Origin: Mytilus trossulus
Lineage: Eukaryota
Reading direction: 5' to 3'
Length of the DNA: 64,000 nt
NCBI RefSeq assembly: GCF_036588685.1
Contig: NC_086379.1
Location: forward strand, 28,024,001-28,088,000
In this document: piece by piece, positions 52,471-64,000 of the stretch
Numbering within the stretch: the first letter of the stretch is position 1
Layout: each line of letters opens with the position of its first letter
Translations under genes and position numbers: made by a program
Notes under the pieces: generated by a model
Told to the model about the DNA's origin: nothing
The model's database searches: none
Seen by the model: the letters and a program-made list of their open reading frames with translations, nothing else

Positions 52471-53660
52471 CAGTGTTCCAGCTAGGCCGTTTTCAGAGTG
52501 TGCGGCGCCCGCCCTTTCCCGAGTGGCGCCCTGTGCCCTATTTACAGTTTCCAGGGCGCCCTGCCTTTTTTGAAGATCGATTGCATATTTATTTGTTCGT
52601 ATTGATATGATACGCTAATTACTAAATTTTACCTGGGGAAAAGTTTATGACTTTGTTTACAACCCCAAGCTAATCAACGGTTACAACTGGTGTCATAATC
52701 TGTTGTTATAGGTAATCCGTTTAGTCGGATGGGTCATTAATGATCATCAACATTAATTCATTCAAATAGTGTCAGTCAGTCGGTAATTACATGTATCTCT
52801 GAAGAAATGTGCATACAACATCTTGGGCACAATTTGCGATGTTTACCGTAGTTTCATGGAGGAAACGTAATGACAGAAAGTTGAAAACCATAATAAACTC
52901 ATTGAAGACATTGTTTTACTTGTTTTCCGTGAAATAAACAGAAAATTCAGACGTATTTGTCATTGACTGCCTTCATTTTTGATACGAAAATAACAATATC
53001 GGCCGCCATATTGTGATCATATTTACATCATATTTATGTACTGTTTATAATCCTCCAAAAAAGGAGCACACCCGAATAAAGAAAAATAACTCAATCTGAT
53101 TTTTTTCCTAGCATTGAGTAACCCATTTACATATTCTAGAATATGTCTACATACTTCTTGCTTAAGAATATATATGTTTAGGTATTTATTTTGAGTTATA
53201 GGAAAAGTTAGAGAGGGTCTTAGTAGCAGTGTTGGTAGGGTGCCTTCAACTGCCTTGATCATCTTTTTTCTGCTTTCTTTATTTTTGATACAATTTAAGC
53301 ACAGCAGGGGTAGAAAGGTGAAACTGGTAAAATGTGGCAGACCATAGAAACAGTATGAAGCAGGTCACCTTTCAAAATATACTGCATATAAAGTTAAACT
53401 GTGCCAAGCAAATTGCAATGATAAAAAAAAACTTGTGTGACAAGCTGCTTGACACGTTTTTCAGCCTTAAAAGTAGAAAGATAGAGTTCTATATGGGCTA
53501 ATGATGTTGTTCTTGTATAACCTGTGATTCAATGAATAAACACAATGTTTGATTAATATCTTATATTAAAATATGCCCTTTTCATATTATCATATCGCGC
53601 GTTAAATGCCCTTTTTCAGGATTGGCACCCTGCCCTTTTGAAATCCTAGCTGGAACACTG
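52471..53660. mobile_element. 1190-bp non-autonomous DNA transposon, perfect 16-bp TIR CAGTGTTCCAGCTAGG, TATAT on both flanks
   Basis: Direct reading of the TIRs; subterminal gcgccc repeats; no transposase ORF. Confidence 0.85.
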
Positions 53661-54439
53661 TATATCCTCTTGTATTGTATTTTCGACCTACTATAAACAT
53701 ATTTTTCTGAAAATTCCCTGTTATATGTTTGAACATAGCTATAGACATACCTAATATTTTGTACATAAAATAATTGTATCGGAAATATATTTCGATCTTT
53801 AATTTATTTTTTCATTTGATTTCATTAGATCGATGGCACCTTTGTTGACAAAAACAAGCGTCTTGTGTTTTCGACCTATGTAAAAAAACGGGTAAAAAGT
53901 TGGGAAACGACATGTCGTACATATCCGGATTTGGTTTAAAATTTGATACCAAAGTTTATATCAAAGTGTTAGAGGCGATCAAACTTATGGCTTAAAGAAT
54001 TAAATGGTTAAATACGACTGCAGCTTCACCTCTATAAGGCCACCTTCAAATGCCAAACATAGCCTTGCAACAGATATTTAAAATACCATAGTCCTAATAT
54101 TAGTCCACCTTCAATAGGCTTTATGCTTTTTGTTAAAAAAAACTCGCATCACAAAGAAAGATTTTTTGTTGTATGGCTTTAAAAGCTGAAGTGTAACAAG
54201 TCTTTGGTCAATTGTTGGAGATTCCAAAATAGTACATGTAATGATGACCTACTTCTTTAAATACTTTTTTCAAATATTAACCCAGATATCCAAATTACAG
54301 ATCCAATAATTTTGGGAGAATAAAAATAAAATCTACTAACTGAACTCCAGAAATGAAGGTCTGTTAAACTTTAAGCATATGGTTATTTCCTGAATTAATA
54401 TAGATATATGTATCTTATTTTATAGACAAAGAAATTAAA

Positions 54440-55260
54440 ATGAATCCCAGCATGCCTGGTGGATATCTACCAATGAATATGATGATGCAACAGATGCAAC
54501 AGCCGTACATGGTGGCTGTGCGACTCCCGCCTGGAGTTCAACAGCCGCAGAGAGGACAGACAGCCGGTGTTCTTCCTGCAGGATTAGGGGCATCTGCCGC
54601 CACACGGTTTGCTGCTCCAGTGCCTCCAACCTCACCATCATCATCATCTGCAGGAGCTCAATATGTAACTTCACCAGCTTTAGCAGCTTCACCAGCATTG
54701 ATGGCATCTCCTGGACTAGTATCTCAAGCTTATGGTGGACAAGGTATCATGTCACAGGGATTAATGACACAGGCATTGGGGCAACAAGGGTTGATGACAC
54801 ATGCTTTGGGACAACAGGGATTAATGACACAGGCTTTAGGACAACAAGGTTTGGCCTCGGGACTAGCAGCTCATCAGTATGCTGGCCACCCAGGTTTAGC
54901 AGGAATGACTGCTCAGGGACTAACAGGAATGACAGCTCAGGGACTAACAGGTATGACTGCTCAAGGACTAGCAGGAATGACAGGAATGACAGGAATGCCA
55001 GGTATGCCAGGCATGCCTGGAATGACAGCACAGAGCTTTGCAGCACAAGGTTTAACAGCTCAGGGATTCCCACCTGGTGGTCTGGCTGCAGCTCATCAGG
55101 GTTTGGCAGCACAAGGTTTCCCACATGGTATGGTCACACAACCAATGTCAGCATATGGTGCACCTAGTATGGCCTTTGCTAATCCTGGTGCTTATGCAGC
55201 TGTTGCACATCCTGGGATGGCTGGATTACAGTATGCATATGCAGATCCTGCAATGGCAAG
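54440..55260 (+). CDS. HNRNPUL1: hnRNP U-like gene, first identified coding exon: Met/Gln/Gly/Ala low-complexity domain
   Basis: 821-bp open frame, acceptor at 54425, phase-2 AG|GTAACT donor in frame with the SPRY exons. The symbol is family-level. Confidence 0.82.
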
Positions 55261-55759
55261 GTAACTATATGATAACATAAGTTGTACAAATGTACGTCAT
55301 AATTTTAAAATAAATTTGACCAATAACTAACAGCTCTTCAATTTTGAGGTTTTAAAGGTAAAAGTTAATGATTTTTTTGCAATTACAATATAGATTTATA
55401 AATACTGTTTCATAAAAAAAAGTAGTTTGAAATTTATAATTAAAGAATTTCTTGATTCTATCAGTACATGTATATCCATATATCTATTTTACCATCGACT
55501 AAAAACTAAATTGAAAACTCCACTCTGAAAATCCAGCTCCTTGTTTAGGGGTAGCTTGAAACTTGAAAGGCCATGGCTACTTCCACTTGTCATCTTTCAA
55601 ATATGGTATTGTACCTATTATGTGATAAAGAAACTCGGAAGTTAAATCAGTCAAAAGATAAAATTAAAGATGCATGATGTAAATATGTTTGTACATTTGA
55701 ATTGAGTTTTATGGTTATAAAGAATATATGCAATTACAATTGTGAATCTTATGTTTTAG

Positions 55760-55873
55760 CATGGCAGGATTAATGCAAGAGGTACCTGTACAAGAAGAAG
55801 AGGTACCAGAAAGTGTAACAGTTAACCTAGATGACTTTAACTCTGATCTCCATCTGATTATAGATTCTGACGG
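55760..55873 (+). CDS. HNRNPUL1: hnRNP U-like exon, SPRY start (VNLDDFNSDLHLIIDSDG)
   Basis: Resembles hnRNP U LDTYNCDLHF; phases 2/2. Confidence 0.9.
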
Positions 55874-56489
55874 GTAAGAAGTGGCAAGATATTTAAATTT
55901 ATTTGTTATTTCTAGATTAAATTGTTAGTTTATAATAAATGTGACATTTTTTTCTTTCAAAGTTATTTATTGTATATGTTTGTTTGTGAATGTAATATAT
56001 GTTTGTCACTATGATCATTAGTTTCACCTCTTAGAAAATGAGGCAATAGATATCAAACGGATATTGATTATTCAAACTTCTGTCAGACAAAGCCAATGTC
56101 AAAAAACAAACATAAAAAACTAACAGTATAAAAAACATACCTAGAAAAACTAAAGACTATGGAACACAAACCCCACCAAAAAAACCCAGGGTAATATCAG
56201 GTGGTGCATAAGTATAGACATATCCTGCTCCACATGAGGCACCTGTTGAATTGCTCATTTAAGTACAAAACCTTAGATAAGTGTATTTCAATAGGTCACA
56301 TTCAAAGAAAAGAATATGCAATATGTACTTAATATTTTCTGCTGGAAATTAAGCACTCACTAATAAAAATAACAACACTATTCTTTTTAAACGTCAACAT
56401 TTATGTATTCTGATGGTTCCAATTTCTTTTGTCAATAATTTCAAAATAAGATGTCGTATGATTGCCAACAAAGGTAATTGTCCATTTAA

Positions 56490-56838
56490 GGGAGTTCGCT
56501 TCTCAGTTTCAAATATGGGGATAAATAAAGGAATCCAAAAAGCAAAAAAAATATATAGGTCAATGTGCTTGCTTTTGAGATATCAGCCATTGAAATTTTT
56601 CTCTAGACTTTTCATAGCTTTTATCATTAACAAGTTTAATTTCTCAAAAACTATTTAAACATAATTAAAATTTTATAAGACTTTTACAGATGGCTTATCA
56701 TTATGCATGTAAAAGATTTATAAAAAGAAAAAAAATGGGGGGCAATGGGCAAATTTTTTGGCAGAGGCATGCAAATGGATAAAACCAGAGGATTTTGAAA
56801 AATCTGAAAAAATCCCAAAACATGACAAGCAAACTTCT
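56490..56838. mobile_element. TTAA-flanked MITE (Kolobok-like) nested in a short interspersed repeat
   Basis: TTAA gggagttcgct ... agcaaacttct TTAA; the host repeat (agatgtcgtatgattgccaa...ggtcactgta) resumes afterwards. Confidence 0.6.
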
Positions 56839-56989
56839 TTAAGACCTAAAAAAAAGTGATGGTCACTGTATAACTACTAATTTTTGTGCTTTTAAAAATG
56901 TTCTTATTGTTGCTTGTCTTTTTATAACATATATGTACATTGTACAGGTATAGCGAAACTATACAATTTTGTTACACATTTTTTTACAG

Positions 56990-57077
56990 ATTTGGTGCTC
57001 ACCCATTAGTTCAACCTCCTGGTTTTAACTTCTGTTGGGCAGGAGCTAGGGCAACCCATGGGGCAATGTCCGGAAAA
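56990..57077 (+). CDS. HNRNPUL1: hnRNP U-like exon, SPRY (GFNFCWAGARATHGAMSGK)
   Basis: WAGARAxxG motif; canonical splice sites. Confidence 0.93.
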
Positions 57078-57510
57078 GTAAGTTATTGTTTGAACATTTT
57101 TAATACCAGAGAATTCAAGCATGACAGGGCATAGCGCTTCTTTGCTAGGTATTCTAAGTGCAAGCTATATTTCTGCTTACAAAATTTTCAAAAGGCTGAA
57201 TGAAATCAGTGAAAATTCATATCTTTCTTCTATTGAAAATAATTTGGCTCTGTTGGACACATTTTCATGGATCATTGATACATGTGATAATGCTAGCTTT
57301 ATGTGACATTGATTTATTAAGATTTTCAACAACAAATTTATGAAAATTAGTAAATCCTGTAAGACATTCCAGTATGTGCACTCTTGTTTATTAAATCACT
57401 TTATGTGTACTGTTATCTCATAGAGATACAGATCAGTTTCAGTTCTGTTTATGCAGATGCATTAAGGGGGAGAAAGACAATATTAAACTCTTTTGACATT
57501 TTATTTATAG

Positions 57511-57895
57511 TATAACTAATCGGCGTATTTGAATATAAAAAAATAAGACAACGCATGACCGAACAACGCATGGATTAAACGAGTGGGCAGCATGAGTTTT
57601 ATCCATAGCGGCGTTTGGTCACAAGTTGTCTTATTTTTGATATTCAAATACGGCGATTAGTTCTACTTTTTATTACATTGTCAACTTGCTTTTTTTATGA
57701 AATTAATGTAGAAAATGTAAGGAACTACATGTTTTTCCTACGCATGTTTTGTTTAGACATTATCGACGTCTTGATAACGCCTATTGTTGTATGACGTCAG
57801 AGAGTAAAATAACCATGTTTATTTCACATGCGAAATTATCAGTTTTTATCTAACTGGGAAATCAATGTAATTCATTGCAACCAATGTAATAAAAA
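57511..57895. mobile_element. Composite element: 155-bp hairpin followed by a 229-bp segment bounded by a 14-bp IR
   Basis: Hairpin at 57511-57665; tttttattacattg (57667) / caatgtaataaaaa (57882). Confidence 0.7.
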
Positions 57896-57951
57896 TACAT
57901 ATGTAGAAGAAGATGTAAGATAAATAACTGATTTTGTGCTTTGATTTTCAG

Positions 57952-58072
57952 CTGTATTATGAGGTGCAAGTTGTTGAACATTTACCAACAAATTTTGGAG
58001 AAAACCATCAAGAAACAAATCCACATGTTCTAAGGGTAGGATGGTCCATCGATGAAAGTTCATTCCAGTTAG
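57952..58072 (+). CDS. HNRNPUL1: hnRNP U-like exon, SPRY (LYYEVQV...HVLRVGWS...FQL)
   Basis: RVGWS SPRY motif; phases 0/1. Confidence 0.93.
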
Positions 58073-58350
58073 GTATGGCTACAAATCTATCAGTTTACAT
58101 CATTAAGCAGTGTTCTATGTAATAAAAATTAGGAACTACAGCTGCTTTAGGACTTTATAAATAGTCCTCAAACTGCTGTACTAACTCTGCTCACTTATTA
58201 GAGCCATGGTCAAGGAGTCAAATAATCATATTTAGCAATTGATCATTATAATACATATACTAAAATAATAGACATTTATTTTAAAGAACAGATTAAACAA
58301 ATGATGAACATGATGAAAAAATTATCTTTCTGATTTTGATGAATTTTCAG

Positions 58351-58600
58351 GAGAAGAACCATATTCTTATGGGTATGGTGGAACTGGGAAATTTTCCAAA
58401 AATTGTAAATTTTCTAATTATGGTGAACCATATGGTGAAGGGGATGTTATAGGAGCCTTACTTGACCTTGATGCCAAACCACCAAGCATGTCATTTACAA
58501 AGAATGGTAAATGGCTTGGAGTAGCAGAAACTTTATCAGCATTCCCAGTTGGAGTCCAAGAAAGAGCACTATTTCCTCATATTTTAAGCAAAAACACCAA
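58351..58600 (+). CDS. HNRNPUL1: hnRNP U-like exon, SPRY (GEEPYSYGYGGTGK...YGEPYGEGDVIG...FTKNGKWLG...LFPHILSKN)
   Basis: Not in the ORF track; translated by hand; strong family motifs; phases 1/2. Confidence 0.94.
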
Positions 58601-59038
58601 GTAAGTATTAAACAAGATTTGTTTACATATGTATTGCAGTGATGGATTCTTCTGTGGTCTATTTTGTATGCAATAGTCTTTGAAATCTTTACACATCAGA
58701 AAATATAAGACATGAATAGTACTGAAAGTGGCATTAAACATCAATCAATCAATCAATTCTATGACAAACCCTACATATTTGTAGTTCACCCAGCCCTTAA
58801 GCCTCTGTGTACAATGTATACATGTAAAAAAATGTCGCATTTTCCTCCTCTGCTCTAAAATTTTAAGTAAACTGCCAAAAAAAAATGGGTGATAATCTTC
58901 TACAAAATGAATATCATACATGGTTCAGATGGAATGAGAAACATGCTGAATTTCTGTGTTAATCTTTCTTCTTGAAACGAAAAAAAAAATGAAACAAGTA
59001 AATTTCAATGCTACAGGTATGTTTTATTTTATTTTCAG

Positions 59039-59162
59039 ATTTATTGTAAATTTTGGTCAGCAAGAATCTTGGTATTCCCCACCACAAGGATTTAATTATG
59101 TAATGCATCAACCAGGTCTTGTCAGAGGAATGGAAGCACCAGCCAAAAAGTCAGACTGTGAA
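59039..59162 (+). CDS. HNRNPUL1: hnRNP U-like exon (VNFGQ...LVRGMEAPAKKSDCE)
   Basis: NFGQ SPRY end and linker; phases 2/0. Confidence 0.92.
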
Positions 59163-59798
59163 GTAAGAATTTTGCATTTATTGTCTTTTTTATGCCCCAC
59201 CTAAGGGCATTATGTTTTTCTGTCTGTGCCCTCATTTGTTTGAATGTCTGTCTGTCCCCGTTCATGTTTATGTGTTTGGTCAAGATAGTTTTTGATGAAG
59301 TTGAAGTCCAATCAACTTTAAACTTAGTACACATATTCCCTATGATAGGACCTTTCTAATTTTAATGTGAAAATAGAGTTGACTCAAGTTTCATAGTCCA
59401 CTGAATGTAGGAAATGATGGTGCGAGTAGGGCATCCATGTACTATGGACACATTCTTGTTAAAGATTTTACTTGGTTTGATACAAAATATATTTACTGTT
59501 TAAAAATGCTCATTTATTTAAAAAGTTAGTTGCATATTTTGTAATATTGTTGAAAAACTGCCAAAGAATAGGGTGGAATAGAATATTTTATTCCCCAAAT
59601 AAGGGCCTCTATAGCATACAAACAATATAATACATTTTGTAATAAACAAAGGAAACAGAGCATTGCCACGACGCAACAAATTACATTCAAACAAATACTA
59701 TTTATCTTTTTACGCCAATTGTGATGCTATCAAAAATTTCTGGGGAGAACACTGAAAGACTCCATACTAAAACCTTTTCTAACATTTGTTGTTTGTAG

Positions 59799-60015
59799 AT
59801 AGTAATGGTTATTGGTCTACCAGGAGCAGGCAAAACAACATGGGGTATAAATCATCAGAAAGCACATCCAGAGAAAAGGTACAATATCATAGGATCAGAC
59901 ACCTTGATAGATAAGATGAAAGTCATGGGCTTGCCTCGTAAAAATAACTACCATGGAAGATGGGACGTTCTCATTGACAAAGCAACAAAATGTCTTAACA
60001 AGTTGTTTGAAATGG
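59799..60015 (+). CDS. HNRNPUL1: hnRNP U-like exon, P-loop (IGLPGAGKTTW...DKMKVMGLPRKNNYHGRWDVLIDKATKCLNKL)
   Basis: Walker A and hnRNPUL1-like GRWDVLI; phases 0/1. Confidence 0.95.
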
Positions 60016-60586
60016 GTAAGTTTTTATTAAGTGGTTCTAGTTGTTGAAATTACATAGGGATTGGTTCATGATTGTATCATAAATTAAATAATTCTCGAAA
60101 ATAAGAATGGAGAAAAATGTCATAAATGATGATAATTGATCATATCAAGGTTAGAAGTTACGACAACATTTGACTTAAAACATTAAAAAAGTAAAATAAC
60201 AAAAACATCAAACTCTGAGGAAAATTCTTAATGGAAAGTCCCTAAGCAAATGGTGTATCAAAACCTCAATACATCAAATGATTGGATAACAACTGTCATT
60301 TCCTGACTTGGTACAAGAGTTTTCTTATTTAAAAAATGGCAAATTTAACCTGGAAACCTCTCACTTAGACTCATATATTGAAGTTGTTATTAAATTGAAA
60401 TATTATTTTTTTTTCATTTCAAGAAAATTACTATCCTACACTGGGATGATTATAAGTCATTTTCCCCTAAAAAAACCTGTTAAACTGAAACTAAGTGTAT
60501 GGAAGAAATGACTTTGAATGAAATCAATTTGAGTGACGGTGATAAGAATGAAAATGGTATTATATTCAATTTTTTGTATATTTTAG

Positions 60587-60751
60587 CTCAAAAAAGGAAC
60601 AGAAATTTTATTCTTGATCAAACCAATGTTTATCCGTCTGCAAGAAAAAGAAAGATGAAGAATTTTAGTGGATTTCTTAGACGTGCTGTAATTATCCAAC
60701 CAGAAGATTCAGAATTGCAAAGACGATCAGAACAAAGAACTGTAGATGATG
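60587..60751 (+). CDS. HNRNPUL1: hnRNP U-like exon (RNRNFILDQTNVYPSARKRKMKNFSGF...)
   Basis: ILDQTNV Walker B region; phases 1/1. Confidence 0.95.
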
Positions 60752-61409
60752 GTAAAGACTGATATTATATAAGCATTGTATTTAACCTTAAGAAGACATT
60801 TTTTTCTTTCTTAAGTACATGATATTGACAATGTCAGAAATAAAGACATGTTGTTTTGTTGATCAATATAGATGTGTTTCTAATTTTGAGGGAATAATCT
60901 GTTACTATTATTAACTATGAAAGGAATGTCATTTTGAGGAAGCTGTTCAATTTGTATCATACATAAGGCCATGTAAAAAATCTACTACTTAGTTTATTAA
61001 AATGTTATATAAATAAGAAATACAACATGTCATTGGTTCCTTTAAATATTCCTTTGAGTATTCATCTCTAGAACAGATTGACTTTTGTGTTTTATAAAAG
61101 TTATAAAATAATATAAAGGAGTGATACTTTTTAAGTGGACACATATAAAAAAGAAGATGTGGTATGATTGCAAATGAGACAACTATCCACAAAAGACCAT
61201 AATAGCACAGACATTAACAACTTTTGGTCACTGTATGGCCTTCAACAATGAGCAAAGCCCATACATACTTGTTATACATTTAACAGCACCACTCTTCTTG
61301 CACAAGATACACATGATCAAAAAGAATATTTCATAATTATTATGACAGGTAATTGGCATACAGGTTTATTAACAATACTTTAAATTGCATTTTGACTTGA
61401 ATATTACAG

Positions 61410-61542
61410 GAAAGTTTGTTCCCGAGTCAGCTATTGTTGAAATGAAAGCTAATTTTAAATTGCCAGATGTCAATGACCATTTATTTGATAAGATTGACTA
61501 TGTAGAACTACCTAGAGAGGCCAGTGTCAAGCTTGTAGAAAG
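61410..61542 (+). CDS. HNRNPUL1: hnRNP U-like exon (GKFVPESAIVEMKANFKLP...FDKIDYVEL)
   Basis: MKANF motif; phases 1/2. Confidence 0.93.
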
Positions 61543-62234
61543 GTATTAAGATTGGATGGAAACTTAATTTAATGCATACATTACAAGTTATCATAACACA
61601 ATAAATATAAAATAAAGAAAATGCAGTGTGATATCCAATCAGACCATTCTGAACCAGACACCAAAAGACAAAGTTAACAACTATAGGTCACAGTATGGCT
61701 TCAGCAATGAGTAAAACAAATACTGCATAGTCCATGAAATGACAAATCTGAAACCATTCAAATGGAAAAAAATAACAGCCTAATTGATATAAAAAATGAA
61801 TGAAAAACAAATATGTTATACAACAATAAATGACAATCACTGATTTACAGGCTATTGACTTGTGAAGGGAAACACAGAATGTGGCAGTGTTAAACATGTT
61901 AGCATGCTTCCCTCCCTCAACCTAAAGTAAACAAAGCGAAAGTTAAGGATGACCAAAAAAGATAAAAGTTTACAATAGCAGAATATAAAAGTGTCTTAAG
62001 ACATCTTTATACTCAACTTCTTTCCAAAGAAGGCAACGTTTTAGGAACCACCAATAGAAATGATGTTATTCTGAAAATAGTTTATTGTTATTCTCAAGTT
62101 CAGCTCAACTATGTGACACATTTTCAGTGTCTTTGATATGGAAAACAATAGATTGACTGCAGTTATAATATTTACTGAAAAGTTTGATCAGAACAGAATG
62201 AAAGCGTGTGTATGATTTACATTATTTGTTATAG

Positions 62235-62316
62235 GTATAATGGTGAAGGTAAACATGGTAGCCAGCCACCCAGAACTGGAGGTCAACCTTTCCAGCCCCC
62301 TGCAGATCTCAGACAG
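62235..62316 (+). CDS. HNRNPUL1: hnRNP U-like exon (YNGEGKHGSQPPRTGGQPFQPPADLRQ); the 3' end of the gene is unresolved
   Basis: ATAG acceptor, CAG|GTAGGT donor, in frame. Confidence 0.85.
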
Positions 62317-64000
62317 GTAGGTCAAACAGGTATAGTTAAAACAACATGGAAATTTTTTACAAATTTTATATTATTTATGCCTGAATAATTATGAATTATA
62401 ACATAATTCAGTATTCCAATAGAAAAAAGGCCACCCACAAAATGATTAAAATGTTTTATAAAAAACCAACCTGCATAGTATTGAGTTCCTGTAAAATTTT
62501 AATTTATGGATATGTTACTTGTTGTTAAACAAAAAATTTCCATGTTATAACTTTCATGTATTAGTATTGTTAAAAAAAATCTTGTTTGTAAATAATTATA
62601 TGTAAGTAAATACACTTTATTATACATTTGTGTACATCTATTTACAGATTAAAAAGAGGTATCATTACATGTATGTACATGCTTGCTGAATTAATTTCAG
62701 TACATAAACACACACACAACAATGATCCAGCAAACATCTTTAATATGCTATAATCAAGTTTTAAATAATCTTAAGTTAACATTATTATGAAGTTGGATAT
62801 ATTTTTTCTTTAAAAATTCAATTATGGAACTAACAAAAACATACACACTGAAGTTACTGATTTTAATGTAAAGATTTCTCAGTTATAAAGATATTATAGA
62901 GAAAACATTCATAAAATATTGTTGTGGTAGGCTATATAAGAAACTAGAAATAAGGGCAACAGTTTAAAGATACCATACTTATGTGTTTTGAAAGGATAAG
63001 TACTATGACTATCAGCTCAGCTAAACAAAAAGTTATAACACTAACAGATTTGAGCAAAATGTTTCCAGATAGTGCTGTAAATATCTTGGTATTAACCTCA
63101 TTTTGTTCATACTGAGGAAACAGCATGTTTCAGAAAATAATGAATAAAAGCTTATCCTTTGCATAACTTGAGCACAAAGTTTATCAAAAGAAAGATGTTG
63201 AATTCAAATGTTGAGTACTTTTTTCATTTCCTCCTTGACCTATAGAGAATTTAATAATAATCGTTATACACGTCAGTTGACAATTTATTTGAATATTTTA
63301 TTATTTGCAAATAAAAGCGATACTGTTCAATGCATTCTATAATTACTTGCTTAAAACCTTTTAGTCAGAATAATAAAAACTTTTGTTTTTAAGTGGATTT
63401 TGTTATATAAAGTTGTAAGAAAATACTTTTCTTTTATATTATACATTATAAGTCAGACTTTTCAAATATACTTGTTGGACCAAAGAAATTATTAGTAGAT
63501 TTGGAATTTTTTTTTTTTTTTTTTTATAGTAGTATGAACCCAGAATTGTTACCAATTGCAGTTAAACAGCACACTGTATATGCTTTTTGCACTGTTTTTC
63601 TAATTACAGAATGAAAATAATAAAACATTTAGAGATATATATATATTAAAATATATGTATAAACTAGTCATGACCTTGCATGTTCTACATTTTAAGTTTT
63701 ATGAGATTAGATGATGAATAAGAAAATATAAAAAAAATCATTTTGAGAATACATTTTTTCAAAATGAATATTTTAATAAAATTTTAAAAATATTGCTCAG
63801 TTTGTTTAAAAAGATGTTAATTTTTTGGTGATTATTGCATGTTATGAAAAAGAAATCATTTGTGCTTAGAACATTCAGCATTATGATAAAGTTAAATATT
63901 TAGAAGTAAAATGAAACCTAGTCTTATAAAGGTATATTTAAGGATAGAGGTTATGTCTTGAATTTAAAAAAAGAATGCTTGAAGTAGTCTTATTCGATCA

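Noticed and set aside
54435-55280. Antisense and alternative-frame ORFs over the LC exon (also those over 24496-25320 and 40594-41421)
   Set aside because: Shadow ORFs of real coding sequence.
43747-62316. Functional redox module linking the redoxin and the Met-rich hnRNP U-like neighbour
   Set aside because: Adjacency in an animal genome is not evidence of shared function, and nothing in the sequence supports co-regulation.

Overview
AT-rich eukaryotic DNA with spliceosomal introns. The repeat content (hammerhead retrozymes, Penelope-like RT remnants, abundant short interspersed repeats) suggests a bivalve such as Mytilus; this is inference only. Six genes can be built by hand. (1) The 5' part of a minus-strand LIM-domain RASSF2/4-type gene that runs off the left edge. 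(2) An intronless orphan coiled-coil ORF (24496-25320, -). (3,4) Two paralogous single-coding-exon two-TM proteins (34414-35016 and 40594-41421, +). (5) A 3-exon, 147-aa single-domain WCPPC nucleoredoxin/tryparedoxin-like gene (43747-48838, +). (6) An hnRNP U-like SPRY + P-loop gene (54440 to at least 62316, +) with a Met/Gln/Gly low-complexity N-terminus and no visible SAP domain. The most notable structure is in the RASSF locus. Three mutually exclusive N-termini (LIM, hydrophobic, short acidic) all end in phase-2 donors that fit one shared exon, and the 5' splice site of that exon has been amplified into a 20-copy ~38-bp minisatellite. The window also holds decayed hammerhead retrozymes (one split by a MITE), several MITE classes with clear TSDs, and two unrelated elements sharing a hairpin-plus-IR architecture. 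All coordinates were read by eye and no searches were run.
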